From NCBI GenBank assembly GCA_013239625.1, contig MU053934.1, forward strand, positions 4,916,399-4,980,398: a stretch of DNA of 64,000 nt. Direction: 5' to 3'. The first letter of the stretch is position 1. The number at the start of each line of letters is the position of its first letter. Below the pieces are notes generated by a model. The model did not search any database. It was not told where the DNA came from and worked only from the letters and a program-made list of their open reading frames with translations. This DNA is from Lama guanicoe. Its lineage: Eukaryota. This document shows, piece after piece, positions 37,966 through 51,990 of this stretch. The position numbers and the translations under genes were made by a program.

Positions 37966-40915
37966 AAATCTATCTTCAAACTGATGTATGCACACCTCTG
38001 GGGGTACTTAAAGACTTCCTGAGGGCTAGGTGGGCACAGATAGCTTTAAAGGACTCAATTTCCAGATCCACAAGTTCTGTACATATTCTTACCAAAAATA
38101 CTGATCTGCCTGAGAATGCAAGTGAGTAGAAGCATCAGGCTAGTTCTTTCCCCCTTCCCTTTCATAATAGATTTTCTCCAACTTTACAAAGAAAGACATT
38201 TTCTTTACCCATCTTACTATGGTGCATCCTCCCTTAAGATGCAAGCATAAGAATCTATAAGGCACCAAACAACAGTGAAAAAAAGACTCACATGGGAAGC
38301 TTCCTTTAATCAAGGCACAAGAAACCCAAAGTAGAGCTTCAAAGTCTATCCTATCTTATACTTCTTTTAATGACAAAGCATGGTATAAGTAACAGAGTCT
38401 TCTGGTTCAAACTGTTCATACTAGGATGTGTGGTACTCAGATACATGACAGTATGGAGAAGCAGGACAGTTGACAAGTTTCATCTAATGTCCTTGTGCTT
38501 TGCATCCCCCTAGTACTGTCAAAGCATGCATCATTCCTGAGAGAAGAGCAAAGAAAGCATCAGAGGCAAGGGCACCTTATTTCACCAATGCAACAAACAG
38601 GGCAAGGCTCCATCCCTTAGAAATTTATCTTAAGGAAAGAATTCAGAAGTGTGACTACAACCAGAGTGATATCTGCTTACACGTATATTTGAATAAATAA
38701 AGTAAAATGTTTTCTGAAAGAAAGTTTAAATATGATTCGGCTGGTTGTTTTGACAATGAGGGCTGGCTCTGACAACTAGGTAAATATGGCAAATATTTTC
38801 CAAAAATTGAATAAACCAAATCTGCAGTTCTGAAGAGTTGATGAAAATACATCTAAAGCATATGACAAGCAATTCTCCAAGGAAGACCTACAAATGATCA
38901 ATAGACACATGAAAAAATGCTCAATATCACTAATTATCAGAGAAATGCAAATCAAAACTACAATGAGGTATCACCTCACACCAGTCAGAATGGCCATCAT
39001 TCAAAAATCCACAAATGACAAATGCTGGAGAGGCTGTGGAGAAAGGGGAACCCTCCTACACTGCTGGTGGGAATGCAGTTTGGTGCAGCCACTATGGAAA
39101 ACAGTGTGGAGATTTCTCAAAAGACTAGGAATAGACTTACCATAGGACCCAGGAATCCCGCTCCTGGGCATATATCCAGAAGGAATCCTACTTCAGGATG
39201 ACACCTGCACCCCAATGTTCATAGCAGCACGATTTACAATAGCCAAGACATGGAAACAGCCTAAATGTTCATCGACAGATGACTGGATAAAGAAGCTGTG
39301 GTATATTTACACAATGGAATACTACTCAGCCATAAAACCCGACAACATAATGCCATTTGCAGCAAGATGGATGTCCCTGGAGAATGTCATTCTAAGTGAA
39401 GTAAGCCAGAAAGAGAAAAATACTGTATGAGATCGCTTAAAAGTGGAATCTAAAAAAAACCCAAAAAACAAAAACAACAAAAACAAAGCATAAATACAAA
39501 ACAGAAACAGACTCATAGACATAGAATACAAACTTGTGGTTGCCAAGGGGGTGGAGGGTGGGAAGGGATAGACAGGATATCAAAATTGTAGAATAGATAA
39601 ACAAGATTATACTGTATAGCACAGGGAAATATACACAAGATCTTACGGTAGCTCACAGAGAAAAAAATGTCTCAATGAATATATATATGTTCATGTATGA
39701 CTGAAAAATTGTGCTCTACACTGGAATTTGACACAACATTGTAAAATGATTATAAATCAATAAAAAATTTTAAAAATTAAAAAAATTTTTTTAAATTTTT
39801 AAAAAGTAAAGCATATGACACAATAAAATCATTTTCTCAAAAAAATATTGTATTTACAGGTATATTGCAATTACTATTCATATTTTTCACACACATTCTG
39901 AGTATATTGGGTTAAATTAAAGTGTAACTAGTATAACTAATAGTCATTTGATAAATTTTAGTAAAGTTATTTTGGTATTATTCCCAGAAATTGAGAAAGT
40001 AAATTACTCCTAATGACTGTTAAACAAATCTTCTTCTAAGTAGAGTGCTTCCAATAATTTGCTTTCAACAACAGTGAAGAAAGACCTAACCAAGTTAATA
40101 GTTACAAGAAATGAAAAACACTTTAATAATAAATCACTATATAATTTTGGCATATTACTTGGAAGAAATTCATAGAATTGATTGACATTGTTATAATAAA
40201 ACATCTATTTCCACCCACAACTTTATGTGAACGAGTCTTCTCAGCATTTACATCTATAAAAATATAAAACAGAAACAGTTTATGCTGAACCCTCTTATTT
40301 CAAGAAATAAGTAATATTCATATGTGGGTAAAATAAGCAGTTCTCATAAAAATGTATCTTTCCAATAAAATTGTATTTTTTATGTTTAATAAGTGTTTAT
40401 AAAAATTTATAATACATTTATGTGGCTTTGATCAATTGCGCACTAAAAAATAATTGTAATGTAAGTCAATCTAGAGGGAATATTTTTACCACTTAAAACC
40501 TCTGGTCACAGACAATTTAGAAAAATAATTTCAATTTACATACATATTTGATGTAGAGGAGACTTAAAAGCATAAAAATACTTTCTATTAGGATAAAATT
40601 CTGTGAGGGATGTGAAAAAGAAATATGACTTCAAGGAGAAAAGGGAATGGTATAAAATTTCCAACAATTAAAGAAGGCCATGTTTTTCTTTCTAAAGCAC
40701 ACTTATAGGTATCAATCACAATAGTATTTAGATTCCTGTAGATACTCTTAAAGGACTCATGTAACAGTTGTTTTCTTTTGTCTTTAATGATGATATTTTT
40801 AATTATATCCTTTGCACTTACTTATACTTAAGACAAAATTTCACATGTCAACCTAAAAATGTGTAAGGAGGTACATAATTTTTCAAAATCATTTTATGGG
40901 TTATTCAAGAAAAAT
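37966..40915 (+). mobile_element. hAT-Charlie DNA transposon relic (Charlie2-like), split by a young L1
   Basis: Transposase remnants FDNEGWL*QLG..MANIF.KLN..NLQ at 38750-38830, and a C-terminal hAT dimerisation-like motif LCERVFSAFTSIK..NRN at ~40225-40280. Confidence 0.75.
38868..39806 (+). mobile_element. Young 5'-truncated camelid L1 with a perfect 14-bp TSD
   Basis: ORF2 C-terminus [28 protein letters not shown] plus 3' UTR; TSD taaagcatatgaca at 38854-38867 and 39807-39820. Confidence 0.97.
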
Positions 40916-42616
40916 AGCTCAGTCCTTGTCTTCAAAAAGTTTATAGCCTAACTAATGAGATAAGTCTAACATACAGACTTGTCTTACAGGAAGCAATCCG
41001 AGGAGATCAATCACAGGCCAAACTTTCTTTAAATGACTAACTTCAGAAATAGACATTCTAAAAGGAAGAAAAATCCATGAGCACCAGAGTAATCAGAAAG
41101 AGCCTCAAATAGGAAGTAAAATTTGAACAAGGCTTTGAAGGATGGCTAGGATCCTGACAAACATAGAGGGAGAAATTATTCCAAGCAGAAAGAACCACAT
41201 GAGTAAAAGGAGTAAGAATGGTATACACCAAAGACACTGAAGAAAGAATAAGAACTTTGCATTTATGGCTCTAACTTTTCATTTTCTTATAACTTCACAT
41301 GAAAATGAATAATTAAAATGAGCTTATTTTGGACTTGGAGATTGTATAATTAATATTGGCAAACAGCAGCAATTCGAGGCTTAGATCATCTATGTACTTT
41401 CAAGAGATTTCATCAGGAACTATATTATCACTCTTCGAGCACTCAGCAACAAATTATCCTTGAAATGAAATAGACTTAGGTTTTAGACATCACAGAAGTA
41501 GACTGATAAAAATTTCAGGAAGTCAATTTTGAAGTCAAGTGTGAAGAAAACTGAAGAATAGTAAGAATTGTGAAAGAAAAAATATCTTATATACCTGGAG
41601 ATGCATTTTAGCCCAGAATAGCTAAAATGTTAGAAGGATATATTAAATAATCTTATGGGGCAAGAAGGAAGGCAGTTAGAATATACTGAGTCTATGGAAA
41701 TTCATTTAGAAAAAAACTTTTTAGTATCAAGCACAACACTGTAAGTGAAGTGTGCTTAATTAAATTAAGGTGATTACACAATATTTCTTTCTAGATTTTC
41801 ACAAGCAAGCAGAGGGGGAGAACACACATCACACATCCAGTTCCTTAGTGGAAATGAAGCCCCTTGCATATCACAAGCTATTTATCAAATGAGACTGTGA
41901 AGTCACAGCCAAGGAGGACCAGTATGTGAATGAGAAACCTCAAAGGAAAAAGTGAAGATGCTGCAGGAAATGATGCTACTGAGTCATTCGAAGATGAGTG
42001 CTTAGATACCAAGATGGTATTTCGTAAAAACTATCTAGAGAGAAGCTATAGATCTCAGTGAGCCTGTACCACTCAGATAATACCACAAAGCAGAACTGGC
42101 AAACCCTGTGATATTTCTCAGATGAGATATCAAACTGACATTCAAACTATCAGATATTAACAGTGCAACCGCACATTTTGGAATTGAAATGCTCCTTAAA
42201 TTCTCAAGTTGTTCTGTTTATTATTTAGCATCTAATAGACATTGCTGCTACATATTGACTGTCCTTACAGGTGCAATTTAAGTAAACTAAGTCATTTACA
42301 TAACAAAATTAATTTTAAAAATAAATGTATCAATTATAGAAAATATTCAGTGGGCTAATGAAGAATTGATAAGATTTAAACATCTCATAGTGATTAAATT
42401 TATACTCAGCTTTTGCAGAATCATGAATTTGAAACCTTAACAATTTCACTTTCTTGGAGCAAACTTACAGAAAAGTTGCAAGACTAGTAGAGAATTCACA
42501 TATACTTTTCATCTAGATCCACCAACTGCTAACATTTTGTCCCATTTGCTTTATCATTCTTTCTTCATTTACATACATATAATTGTCCTATATCTTAAAT
42601 CTTGAGGCAAAGCCAT

Positions 42617-43046
42617 TGCTGTAGGTTGGATTCCCCAGGAAACAGACTCCGAGACTCAGATTTGTGTAAGGGAGACTCATTAGGGAGTGCTCTCAGAAAT
42701 ATCCATGACTAAAGAGGGAGGCAGGCCGGGGGCAAGGGAGAACTGAGTCATAATGTGTTTGCAACAGAGGTCTTGGCCAATCCTACTAGGAGCTTTGGGG
42801 CTGGAATGGCTCTTCACAGTCGTCCTACCTTGAAGCAAGGGGACTGGCCTACATCCACAAGTCACTGACAGCAGGTTCTCTTAGGGAGGGGATGTGACCT
42901 TAGGCAAAGAGGCTTTCTTCAAATGTTGGAAATTTGAAGAGAAGGACTTAGCTGAGACCCCTCAGGCACCAACTCTCCCAGCAGCCGAGGGAGTAAGTGC
43001 ATTTACCTTGAAGCAGGAATCTGGAAACACCACAGTGTCTACTACA
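42617..43046 (-). mobile_element. LTR16-like ERVL solo LTR
   Basis: taggttggattccccaggaaacagactccgagac...cagtgtctactaca; TG..CA ends. Confidence 0.7.
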
Positions 43047-43337
43047 GACACCACCAGAATGCTTCTCTGTTGTTTCTCTGCTCCTATTTATTCATGACAA
43101 ATGCTTCAGAGGGACAGGAGACAGAATGTGAGTGCGGTAAATCTTTTCTGAAAGGTGTATTTCGACATTAGTGGGGAAAAGTATGTTTTTTTAAAAAAAT
43201 GAAAACATGAAAAGGATAAAGAATAAGAAAGCAGAGATGTTTAAGCAGATGTTTAAAATTGAATTTGAAATAAGTAGATAAGGAAAAGTGAGAAAAAGCA
43301 AACTTCTGTTTCTGGAGATCTTAAAAAAGAAGTTGAG

Positions 43338-43476
43338 GCGGTGAGGGAGGGTATAAGCTCAGTGGCACTGTCTGTGCTCAGCAGGCACGAGGCCCTGGGT
43401 TCATTCTGCAGTACCTCCATTAAAAATAAATCAATAAAATTAATTACCCCTCCCAAAAAGAAACAACAACAACAAC
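43338..43476 (+). mobile_element. Camelid Vic-1-like SINE with TSD
   Basis: gagggtataagctcagtggca..gcacgaggccctgggttcattctgcagtacctccatt plus tail; TSD aaaagaagttgag / aaaagggagttgag. Confidence 0.85.
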
Positions 43477-44053
43477 AAAAGGGAGTTGAGACAACTTTAC
43501 CTCAGCATTTTGCTAACAATAGCACATAAAATATGATACTACTTAATAATAATGGCAAACAGGAAAACCCACAAACTATGTTAAATGCTCAGCTACAGGC
43601 ACAGGAAGAAATAAACAGTCACCACGAAAGCAGGTCTAAATCCCCAGTTGCTGACTCCTGGTTTAGAGAGCAGAGTGAAACTGCAACACAGAATTTCCAT
43701 CGCCAAATACTTCATGATATTTTATTTTAAAAGGTCAGAACTAATCAAAAAGTTTTACAACGCAATCTGACATGGAAATAGGTGTAATTAAAAGTAATTT
43801 TAAAAGGGGGAAAAACACACAAAAATAACCAGTGGGCAAGAAAAGAAACAAAATCTAGGTCATTCCCTCTCTTCCAAAGGTGTTATTGGCGAGTTGACGA
43901 GATTTCGAGGTTTCTCATCAATATCCTCATGTCTGGAAAAAGGGGGAACTGAATGGACAGTGCTTTTTTGCCCTCCTTATGACTGAGAAGAGGTGAAAAC
44001 AGCTAAAGAAAAAAAAATAGGTATAACAGAGTTAGTAAAAAAAGATGCTAACA

Positions 44054-45093
44054 AAAAATAAACAAATGGGACCTAATCAACTTACAAGCTTTTGCACAGC
44101 AAAGGAAACCATAACAAAATAAAAAGACAACCTACAGACTATAAGAAAACATTTGCAAACAATGCGACTGACAAAGGCTTAATTTCAAAAATACACAAAT
44201 AGCTCATATAGCTCAATAACAAAAAAGCCCCACCCAATCAAAAAGTGGGCAGAAGACCTAAACAGACATTCCTCCAAAGAAGACATACAAATGGCCAACA
44301 GGCACATGAAAAGATGCTCAACATCGCTAGTTATTAGAGAAATTAAATCAAAACTACAATGAGGTATCACCTCACCCTGGTCAGAATGGTCACCATCAAA
44401 AAGTCTACAAATAATAGTAATAAACACCTTCAACTATTTTGGGGAATGTAAATTGGTGCAGACACTATGGAAAATAGTATGGAGGTTCTTTAAAAAACTA
44501 AAAATAGAGTTACCATATGATCCACTAATCCCACCCCTGGGCATGCATCCAGAAAAGACAAAAACTCTAATTTGAAAAGATACATGCACCCCAATGTTCA
44601 CAGAACATTATTTACAATAAACAAGACATGGCAGCAACCTAAATGTCCATTGACAGATGACTGGATAAAGAAGATGTGATGTATATGTATACAATGGAAT
44701 ACTACTCAGCCATTAAATAATGCCATTTGAAGCAACATGGATGGAGCTAGAGATTATTACATTGAGTGAAGTCAGATAAAGACAAATATCATATGATATC
44801 ACTTACATGTGGAATCTAAAAAGATATACAAATGAACTTATTTACAAAACAGAAAAAGACTCACTGACATAGAAAACAAACTTATGGTTTCCAAAGGGGA
44901 AAGGAGGGGAAAGGATACATTAGGAGTTTGGGATAGACCGATACAAACTACTATGTGTGCAATAGATAAACAATAAGGTCCTAGTGTATAGCACAGAGAA
45001 CCATATTTATTATCTTGTAATAAACTATAATGGAAAGAATCTGAAAAGGAATAACTAACACAACACTGTAAATCAACTATACTTTAATTTTTA
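44054..45093 (+). mobile_element. 5'-truncated L1 (ORF2 end and 3' UTR) with a ~16-bp TSD
   Basis: aaacaaatgggacctaatcaacttacaagcttttgcacagcaaagg...; TSD aaaaaagatgctaaca (44038-44053) / aaaaaagatgctgaca (45094-45109). Confidence 0.92.
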
Positions 45094-45339
45094 AAAAAAG
45101 ATGCTGACAGTAATGAAAGTGAAAGCCATATTTTCACACTGAATTGGGTGAATGATCTGAAGGTGAGGGTATCTCCCCACCTGATTGGAACAAGGTACAT
45201 TTCCATTTCCCAACCTGACAGAATGAGCAGGACCTTGTATAAAGGACTCAGAAGATAGAGCAGAGTCCAGGGTCACTGAGGTTTATTCACACACTTCTGC
45301 CTATCACAACAGTCAAATTTATAAATATGTTTTAAAATA

Positions 45340-48300
45340 GTTTGTACTTTTTTTATTATAAGAAATTCTTCCTTATCACAATGTGAAAAAGATACTCTCC
45401 TAAATTCTTTTCTAAACATTTTGAATTTTTGTTTTTTTCACTTTTAAGTCCTTAATTCCTCTAGGATTTGTTTTTGTGCATGATATGAGGTAGAGACCTA
45501 ATTCCATTTTTTTCAATATGATTAAATAATTGCCCTGGTATTACTTATTAAGCAGTTCATTCTCCCCCACCAACGTGACATGCCACCTCTGTCATACACT
45601 AAGGTAACACAGCGGCACAGTTCTGTTTCCAGGGCTCTGTAGTTTGTTCCATTGGCCCTGCGTCAATACCATGCTGCCATGATTACTATTGCTTTATTCT
45701 TGCCATCTAAAAAGGCAAGCCCCCCACTTTATTCTTTACAGGAATGTTTTAGGATATGCCTGACCTTTTGATTCTTTCAGATAAGCTTTGGAATCAGCCC
45801 ATCAAATTCAACTTTAAAAATTCTTGTGGGATTTTGATTGTAATTGCACTGAATCAGTGATTCTCAACTGGGGGCAATTTTGGCCCGCAGCGGGCATCTG
45901 ACAATGTCTGCAGACACTTCTGGCTCTCACAAAAGGAAGGGATGTGTGCTAACAGCATCTAGTGGGCAGAGCTCAGAAATAATGCTGAACACCCTGCCCT
46001 GCACAGAACAGCCCCAACCACAAAGAATCATCTGGCTTAAAACGTCAATAGTACCAAGCTTGAAAAACCCTCCACTAAATTCATGCAATTTTGAAACAAC
46101 CGTATTTACATTTTTAGTATTTCAATAAACAATATATTTATAGCCAGTCATCCTACTAAACCTCTTATTATTTCTAATATGTCTGTAGACCTTTTCATGT
46201 TTTCTATATGAAAATCTTTTCATCTGCAAATAAATTTATTCCATTTCAATACTTTTTATTTCTCTTACTTGTTTTATTGTCATGGCTAGAATCTCTAGTA
46301 TAAAACTGAATGGAAGGAGAATGGGAACCTTTTCTTCTACCCGATTCTAAACAAAATACTGCCACATTCAAATGTACGGAAATTTTAAATTTACATTTTA
46401 AAAACTCAAACTAAATTGCATTTTTGCTAGAAATGTGGTCTGTGTGATACAAATTCTTTGAAATGTTAAGATTTTCTTTATAATACATATAATCAGTTAT
46501 AAAATCCATATTTTAAATAATGTTTTATTTACTTGAATTATCAATTGAGAGAAAAATTTTACATCATTTACTATAATGGAAGATGTTTCGATTTCTTCCT
46601 GTAGTTCTACCAAATTTTGCTTTATGTACTTTGAATTTATTATATTGGTTAAATTCACATTTAGAAATATTATGTCTCCCTGGGGAATTAAACCTTTTAT
46701 CATCCTCCTTAATAATGCTCTTGGCTTTAAATTCTACTTTCTATGATACTAATATAGCTACACTAGCTTTCTTTAGTTAGTATATGCCTGGTTTATCTTT
46801 TTCCACCCACTTGCTTTAACCTTTATGTGAACTCCTGCTTGCAGCATACATCTGGATTTCTTCTTCCCCAATTTGATAATCTCTGCCTTTTAACAGATGA
46901 ATTTTTAACCCACTGATATTTGTGATTATTAATATATTTGGATTTGTTTCTACCATTTTACTTTTTTATTTCCCTTTGTCCCACTTTATGTATGCTTCTT
47001 GCCCTTTATAAAATTTTAAAAATTTTCATTCCATTTTTTGTTGCTACTTTGGAATTTATGCAGTCTACTTCTCTTCTTTTAGCATTTACCCTTGAAAATT
47101 TATCATGCACATTTACTTTTAAAAATTTAGAGTCAGATAATACCCTTATTCTCTCAAAAAATACAAGGACCTTAGAACACTATAAATCTGCAGACCCACT
47201 CCTAACTTACATCCCACAGCTACCCACTCTTCTAGTTGTCTTTTTTTAAAACTCAAAAGTTAGACAATACTGTTTTACACAGAATGTGTTTCTTTTATTT
47301 TATATACATGTTAACTATTTGTTAATCATTCCTTCTCCTATCTCCGACCACTCTTCTGGAATAATGTTCCTTCTTTTTGAAGTATACCCTTTAATTATAG
47401 GTTTTATGGTGGTAAATTCTTCAGTTTTTGTATTTATCGGTGAGTGATGATTTCACCCTCATCCTTGAATGACAGTTTTGCTGGGTACACAATTACAGGC
47501 TATTGTTTTCTCTCTGCACTGTGAAAATATTGTATCACAGTCATCTGGCCTCCACTGTAGCTGACGAGAAGACCTTGCGTATACTGGCATGGTAACTGTC
47601 ATTCCTCTATATATGTATCCTCTATGTCTAAACATTGCTTCCATATATTCCACTTACATTGGACATAGCTTCTAGCTCACTAAATTTTTTTATTTCAACG
47701 GTATTTCTCATTTCTGTAAGTTCTCATTTTCAAATTCGTATGTTCATTCCTAATAATCTTTTTTTTTTAAAGTAAATCCATCTTAATTTTTAAGAGTTTG
47801 ATTCAGCCTAAGGGCCTAGGCTATGACAGACATAACTGACATTTGAATAATTGCATTAATTTAGAGAAGGGCAAATCTGGCTTTGACAGTTGTGCTTGTG
47901 TGTATTTTTTTAAGACTTTTTTTTTTCAAGCCATTTTAGGTTTATAACAAAATGGAGAGAGAGGTACAGAAATTTCCTGTAAGTCTTCTGCCCCACACAC
48001 AATCTCCTCCATTATCAACACTGTGATTATATCCTTTATTTATTTAAATATTTAAAAACATAGCTCTTCTACATTGTGCATCCAACCTTTCTAATGTCTA
48101 CAATCTGTGGGGACTGAATATGTTCTTTACTAACTATTTTCTCCTGTGTTTGGTGCATGGACTGTGAGCTCATTGTCTTGACTTTAATTGATGGGAATCC
48201 TGTGGACCTAACCTGCGAATTGAGGTTTTCTTCTTGCAGAGAGAACTACCTGGAATCACTTCAGCCCCTTTTTGAGTGTCTGGGTTCAGCACAGTAACCT

Positions 48301-48630
48301 CATACTTTCCTTCCCAATTCTCAAGGCAGCCCCAAAACTCATTTCCTTACCTACTAATAACTGCCCTTAAGCAACTCAACCGCTACAATCACCTGCAGTG
48401 TCCCACAGGCACCAACTCGAAGTCACTTTTACCTGAGCTCATATGTCCTGTTCTTATTTTGTTTATTTCATTTAATAATTAATTCAAATGTTTGGAGGGG
48501 GAGATCCTTGGAGACTTCCCATACTCTAGTGAAGCCAGAAATGTCTCAAATAGTGTATCGTTTCCAGTCTTTGGTTATTGTGCAATAAACGGGTTTCTTG
48601 GAGCTCGTAGTAACTGTTATTGCCAGAAGT
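45340..48630 (-). mobile_element. Old L1ME/HAL1 relics with nested MER20 and L1MC fragments
   Basis: T-rich antisense L1 phrases; the endonuclease-like peptide 46497-46703 (IKGLIPQGDIIFLNV..KYIKQNLVELQEEI). Confidence 0.7.
45855..46072. mobile_element. MER20 hAT MITE, full length, with an 8-bp TSD
   Basis: cagtgattctcaactgggggcaatttt...ttgaaaaaccct; TSD cactgaat/cactaaat. Confidence 0.9.
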
Positions 48631-50389
48631 AGACTTGAAATATTTTTAGTAAAATATAACATCGAGTACAATAACACTTTTATAATAACATTTTCTCTCT
48701 AGTTATTCATCTTTATACATATATAAATGGATGGATAAAAGGTGCCTAGAATTCATGTTAATTTGATATTAATTATGACTACTTTTGTGTGATGCGATTG
48801 GAAGTGATTAATTACAACGGGCCTGTATTTTTGCTTTACAAGAATAGAGTGATTTTTCTGAAACAAAAACAAAAGAAGAAAAATAATAAGACTAGAAGCA
48901 AATATTCTAAGATGTTAATAATGGTAGACCTAGGGTGGTAGAAATGTAAGTTATTGTTATTTTCTCTTTTGTACACTTGTTTATTTTCTAATTTTTAAAA
49001 AATCACTGCTTGACATTCATCAAGGTAAATGTTTTAGTGGCAACCACCACTTGTACCATAAGTCCTGCCACTGACACTGTATGTGATAAGGCACCCAAGT
49101 TTGCCTCCACATCGCCTCTCTGTCCGTACAAAGTTCACTGTGGGACGTAATACCAACATTGGTGTTTTTGCTCATAAAAGTATGACAACTACTTTGAAGT
49201 TTAACTTTTGGTCCAACGGGAATTATATACAATTTTTAGGGAAATATTTCCATGATGTAGAGTTGCATTACATTTAATACAGACCAGAGTAATCCTTCTC
49301 TAATACAGGTAAAGTTCCTCTGCAAAGAATAATACCACTGAAGAGCTCTTCATGGAAGACTGGATGATCAACGAGGTAATGCTTCACTGGTCTAGTTGTA
49401 AGCAATGTCTATGGTGACAGTTTTTATAATGATTACCTCCAAGGAAGGGACCTAACTTTGATGCTTATAGCTCAGAGAAGCTGAGTTATCACTGTGCTTT
49501 ATATAGTTTTCTGTCTTGCCATCAAGCAGCAATCATCCTTCAGCTCATCTCTGCCTTCAAACAACAAAGTCAGCTAAATGAAAACTATCCAAGCTATCTA
49601 CCAGAATTAAAACTTGGGGAAAGCATCCAGGAATAGGAAAAAAGGAGTAGAAGTAGTGATGTGTGTATAACACCTTCTCTAGAGTACCTTTTCCCCTTGC
49701 TAATTCACTGCAAAGAGTGACACACAGCTGTTTCAGCTCTAGATCTTAAAGCCTGGGAATCAGATTCCTAGCAAAGCATTCAGTTTTACATTTCATTGTA
49801 ACTAAATAATTTAGAAGCGTCTTTAAATTCCTTCTGATGGAAATTTACCTGTATGATACCATCACTTGCCTCCTTTTTTTTCCTAACTCAATTGTAAGAG
49901 TCATTTTCAATTTCTCTCTTTTTTCTCCAATATATCGACTCACTCCATTTCCTCTCTCTATTCTATCTTTAAACATTACCTTTCCTCATTTCAATAACCC
50001 TAGAGCAGGTCCTGGATGCCTGGATTGAAACAACTGTCTCTTATAAAGCTTCCCTCCAATTTGTATATCCTTCATTTCTACACAAAGTAGAGAGCCTTAG
50101 TAAGAATTATCTTCCACCAACAGCTGTTTTCAGTAATAAGAAAGCTAAGTTCTGTGACTAAGCTAAACATCCCTTCTGTTCTCCAAGGCCTACAATGGTT
50201 CCTAGTTGCTAGTCGTATCAAATTGAAATTTCCAAATACTGTTCATTATGTCCTTTTATAAATTGTGCTGAGTACTCTTAACTATCTGCCCACATTTTTC
50301 TACATATTAGAATTTATATTCTCTATTCCATTTAAACTGACAACCATGTATTACCATGATTAATTCACTTCTTGTATTCTTTCCCAGTA

Positions 50390-50882
50390 TGGTAGGACTA
50401 TTGTTGTCCCCTATATTTAGTCTCTCCTTCTTCCTTAATGATAGATTTTCTTTCATCTGGACATATGCCTGTCTAGTATAAAGACTACATTTCTCAGCCT
50501 CTCTTGAAGCTAGGAATGTCCATGTAACTAAGTGCTAAACAACAGTATTTAAACCAAAATGTTACAGGCAACTTCCATAAATGTCCTTAAAGGGAAAAAG
50601 GCATTCATATTTTCAACCCTTCCTCCTTCCTACTGGCTAGAAGGCAGATGTGACTGCTGGAATCAAGCAGCCATATTGGACCACAAAGTGGAACTTACAT
50701 GCTGAGTTTAGTGGTGCAACAAGACAGAAAGAGCCCTGACATCATGGAGAACCACATCAGTCCAACAATACCTGGTTCTGGATTATTTTTAGAAGAGAGA
50801 AATTTCTATTATTTTTACACTACTAACAGTTTTGTGGCCCTAATACTATCACTTGTGGACACACCTAATTTTGACTGATCCA
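50390..50882 (+). mobile_element. MLT1J-like MaLR LTR
   Basis: aaagactacatttctcagcctctcttgaagctagg..catgtaactaag; gcagccatattggaccac. Confidence 0.75.
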
Positions 50883-51699
50883 CCCATCTCCAAGTTTTCA
50901 TTTGCTACTTGTCCTGTCCCATTAATAACAACCCCTAATAAATTTTCTTATCTTCTCCCCACCCAACCAAATTGTAAGTTTTCTTTTTTCCTTTAAAATA
51001 GTTTCAGATTCAAATACCTAAATAGATATGGTTAATATTGCTAAGCTTACTTAATCCAATTTCTCTTTTCGAACACAAACGCATCTATACAACTACTGTG
51101 TATATGTACTATATACAGTGATGGGTAAATGGGATTTTAAAATAATGTAACAGATTTTTAACAAATTTACTACAGCTTTTATATCCAAATGTTCACTATT
51201 CACTTTAGTACTCTTACTACAGATTCACTTCAGTGATGTCATCATTCACCAAAACTCTTTTTGAACATAGTGTTTTGAAACAGACTGAAAGTCCATCACT
51301 AGATACAACCTCTGTGAGAGCAGAAATAAACCCAATTTGCTTACCAGGCCTAGAGCAGTGTCTGGCATATAGTAAGTACGTATTCAATACACGTTTGTGG
51401 TATGAAAAAAAGTTAACTGTAGTAAAACTTCATTTGAAGGTAGATTGATTTTTTTTAAATATTCAAAAGTCATTCAGAGCTCAGTCTAGTGAATAAGAAG
51501 TGTCATAAATCTGGGAAGCATCATTTTGAGCTTAAAAAAAAAGCAGTGACTAAAAAGCAATAAACTAGATTTTCTTAACTACCATAAAAATGGCTCAGCG
51601 TTGAGCTAGTTCTGCAGCAACGCAGGGACACATTTCCTAAGCCATGGTTGGTTACACCAAGCCAGCTCCAGTTTCAGAGCACTGCGCCTGCTGGCCCCT

Positions 51700-51990
51700 C
51701 TGCCAGCACACCCCCGACAGACTTGGATTGTTCCCTTACTTTATTTAAGTCTCTGTTTAAATATCAGCCTCCTCCAAAAGGCCTTCCGTCACTACTTGAC
51801 CTAAAATAAAGCCATCCCTGTCACTCTCTGTCCTGTCACCACTTTCCCTTCCTTTACAGGACTTGACATTATCTGACATAGTATTTTATATCTATTTTGT
51901 TTATGTGTGTTTAACAATCTATCTCTGTCACTAGAATATTTGCTTCATGATGAAAGGGACTTTGTTTTATTCACTGCTGTAACTCCAAAT
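51700..51990. mobile_element. LINE2 fragment
   Basis: tcctccaaaaggccttcc..ctctgtcactagaatat..tgttttattcactgctgtaactcca. Confidence 0.7.

Noticed and set aside
38640..40300. Domesticated hAT transposase (ZBED/Buster-like)
   Set aside because: Only short stop-riddled remnants remain, interrupted by an L1.
49020..49277. Overlapping short ORFs in unique sequence
   Set aside because: No recognisable homology, splice signals, or processed-pseudogene hallmarks such as an A-tail or TSD.
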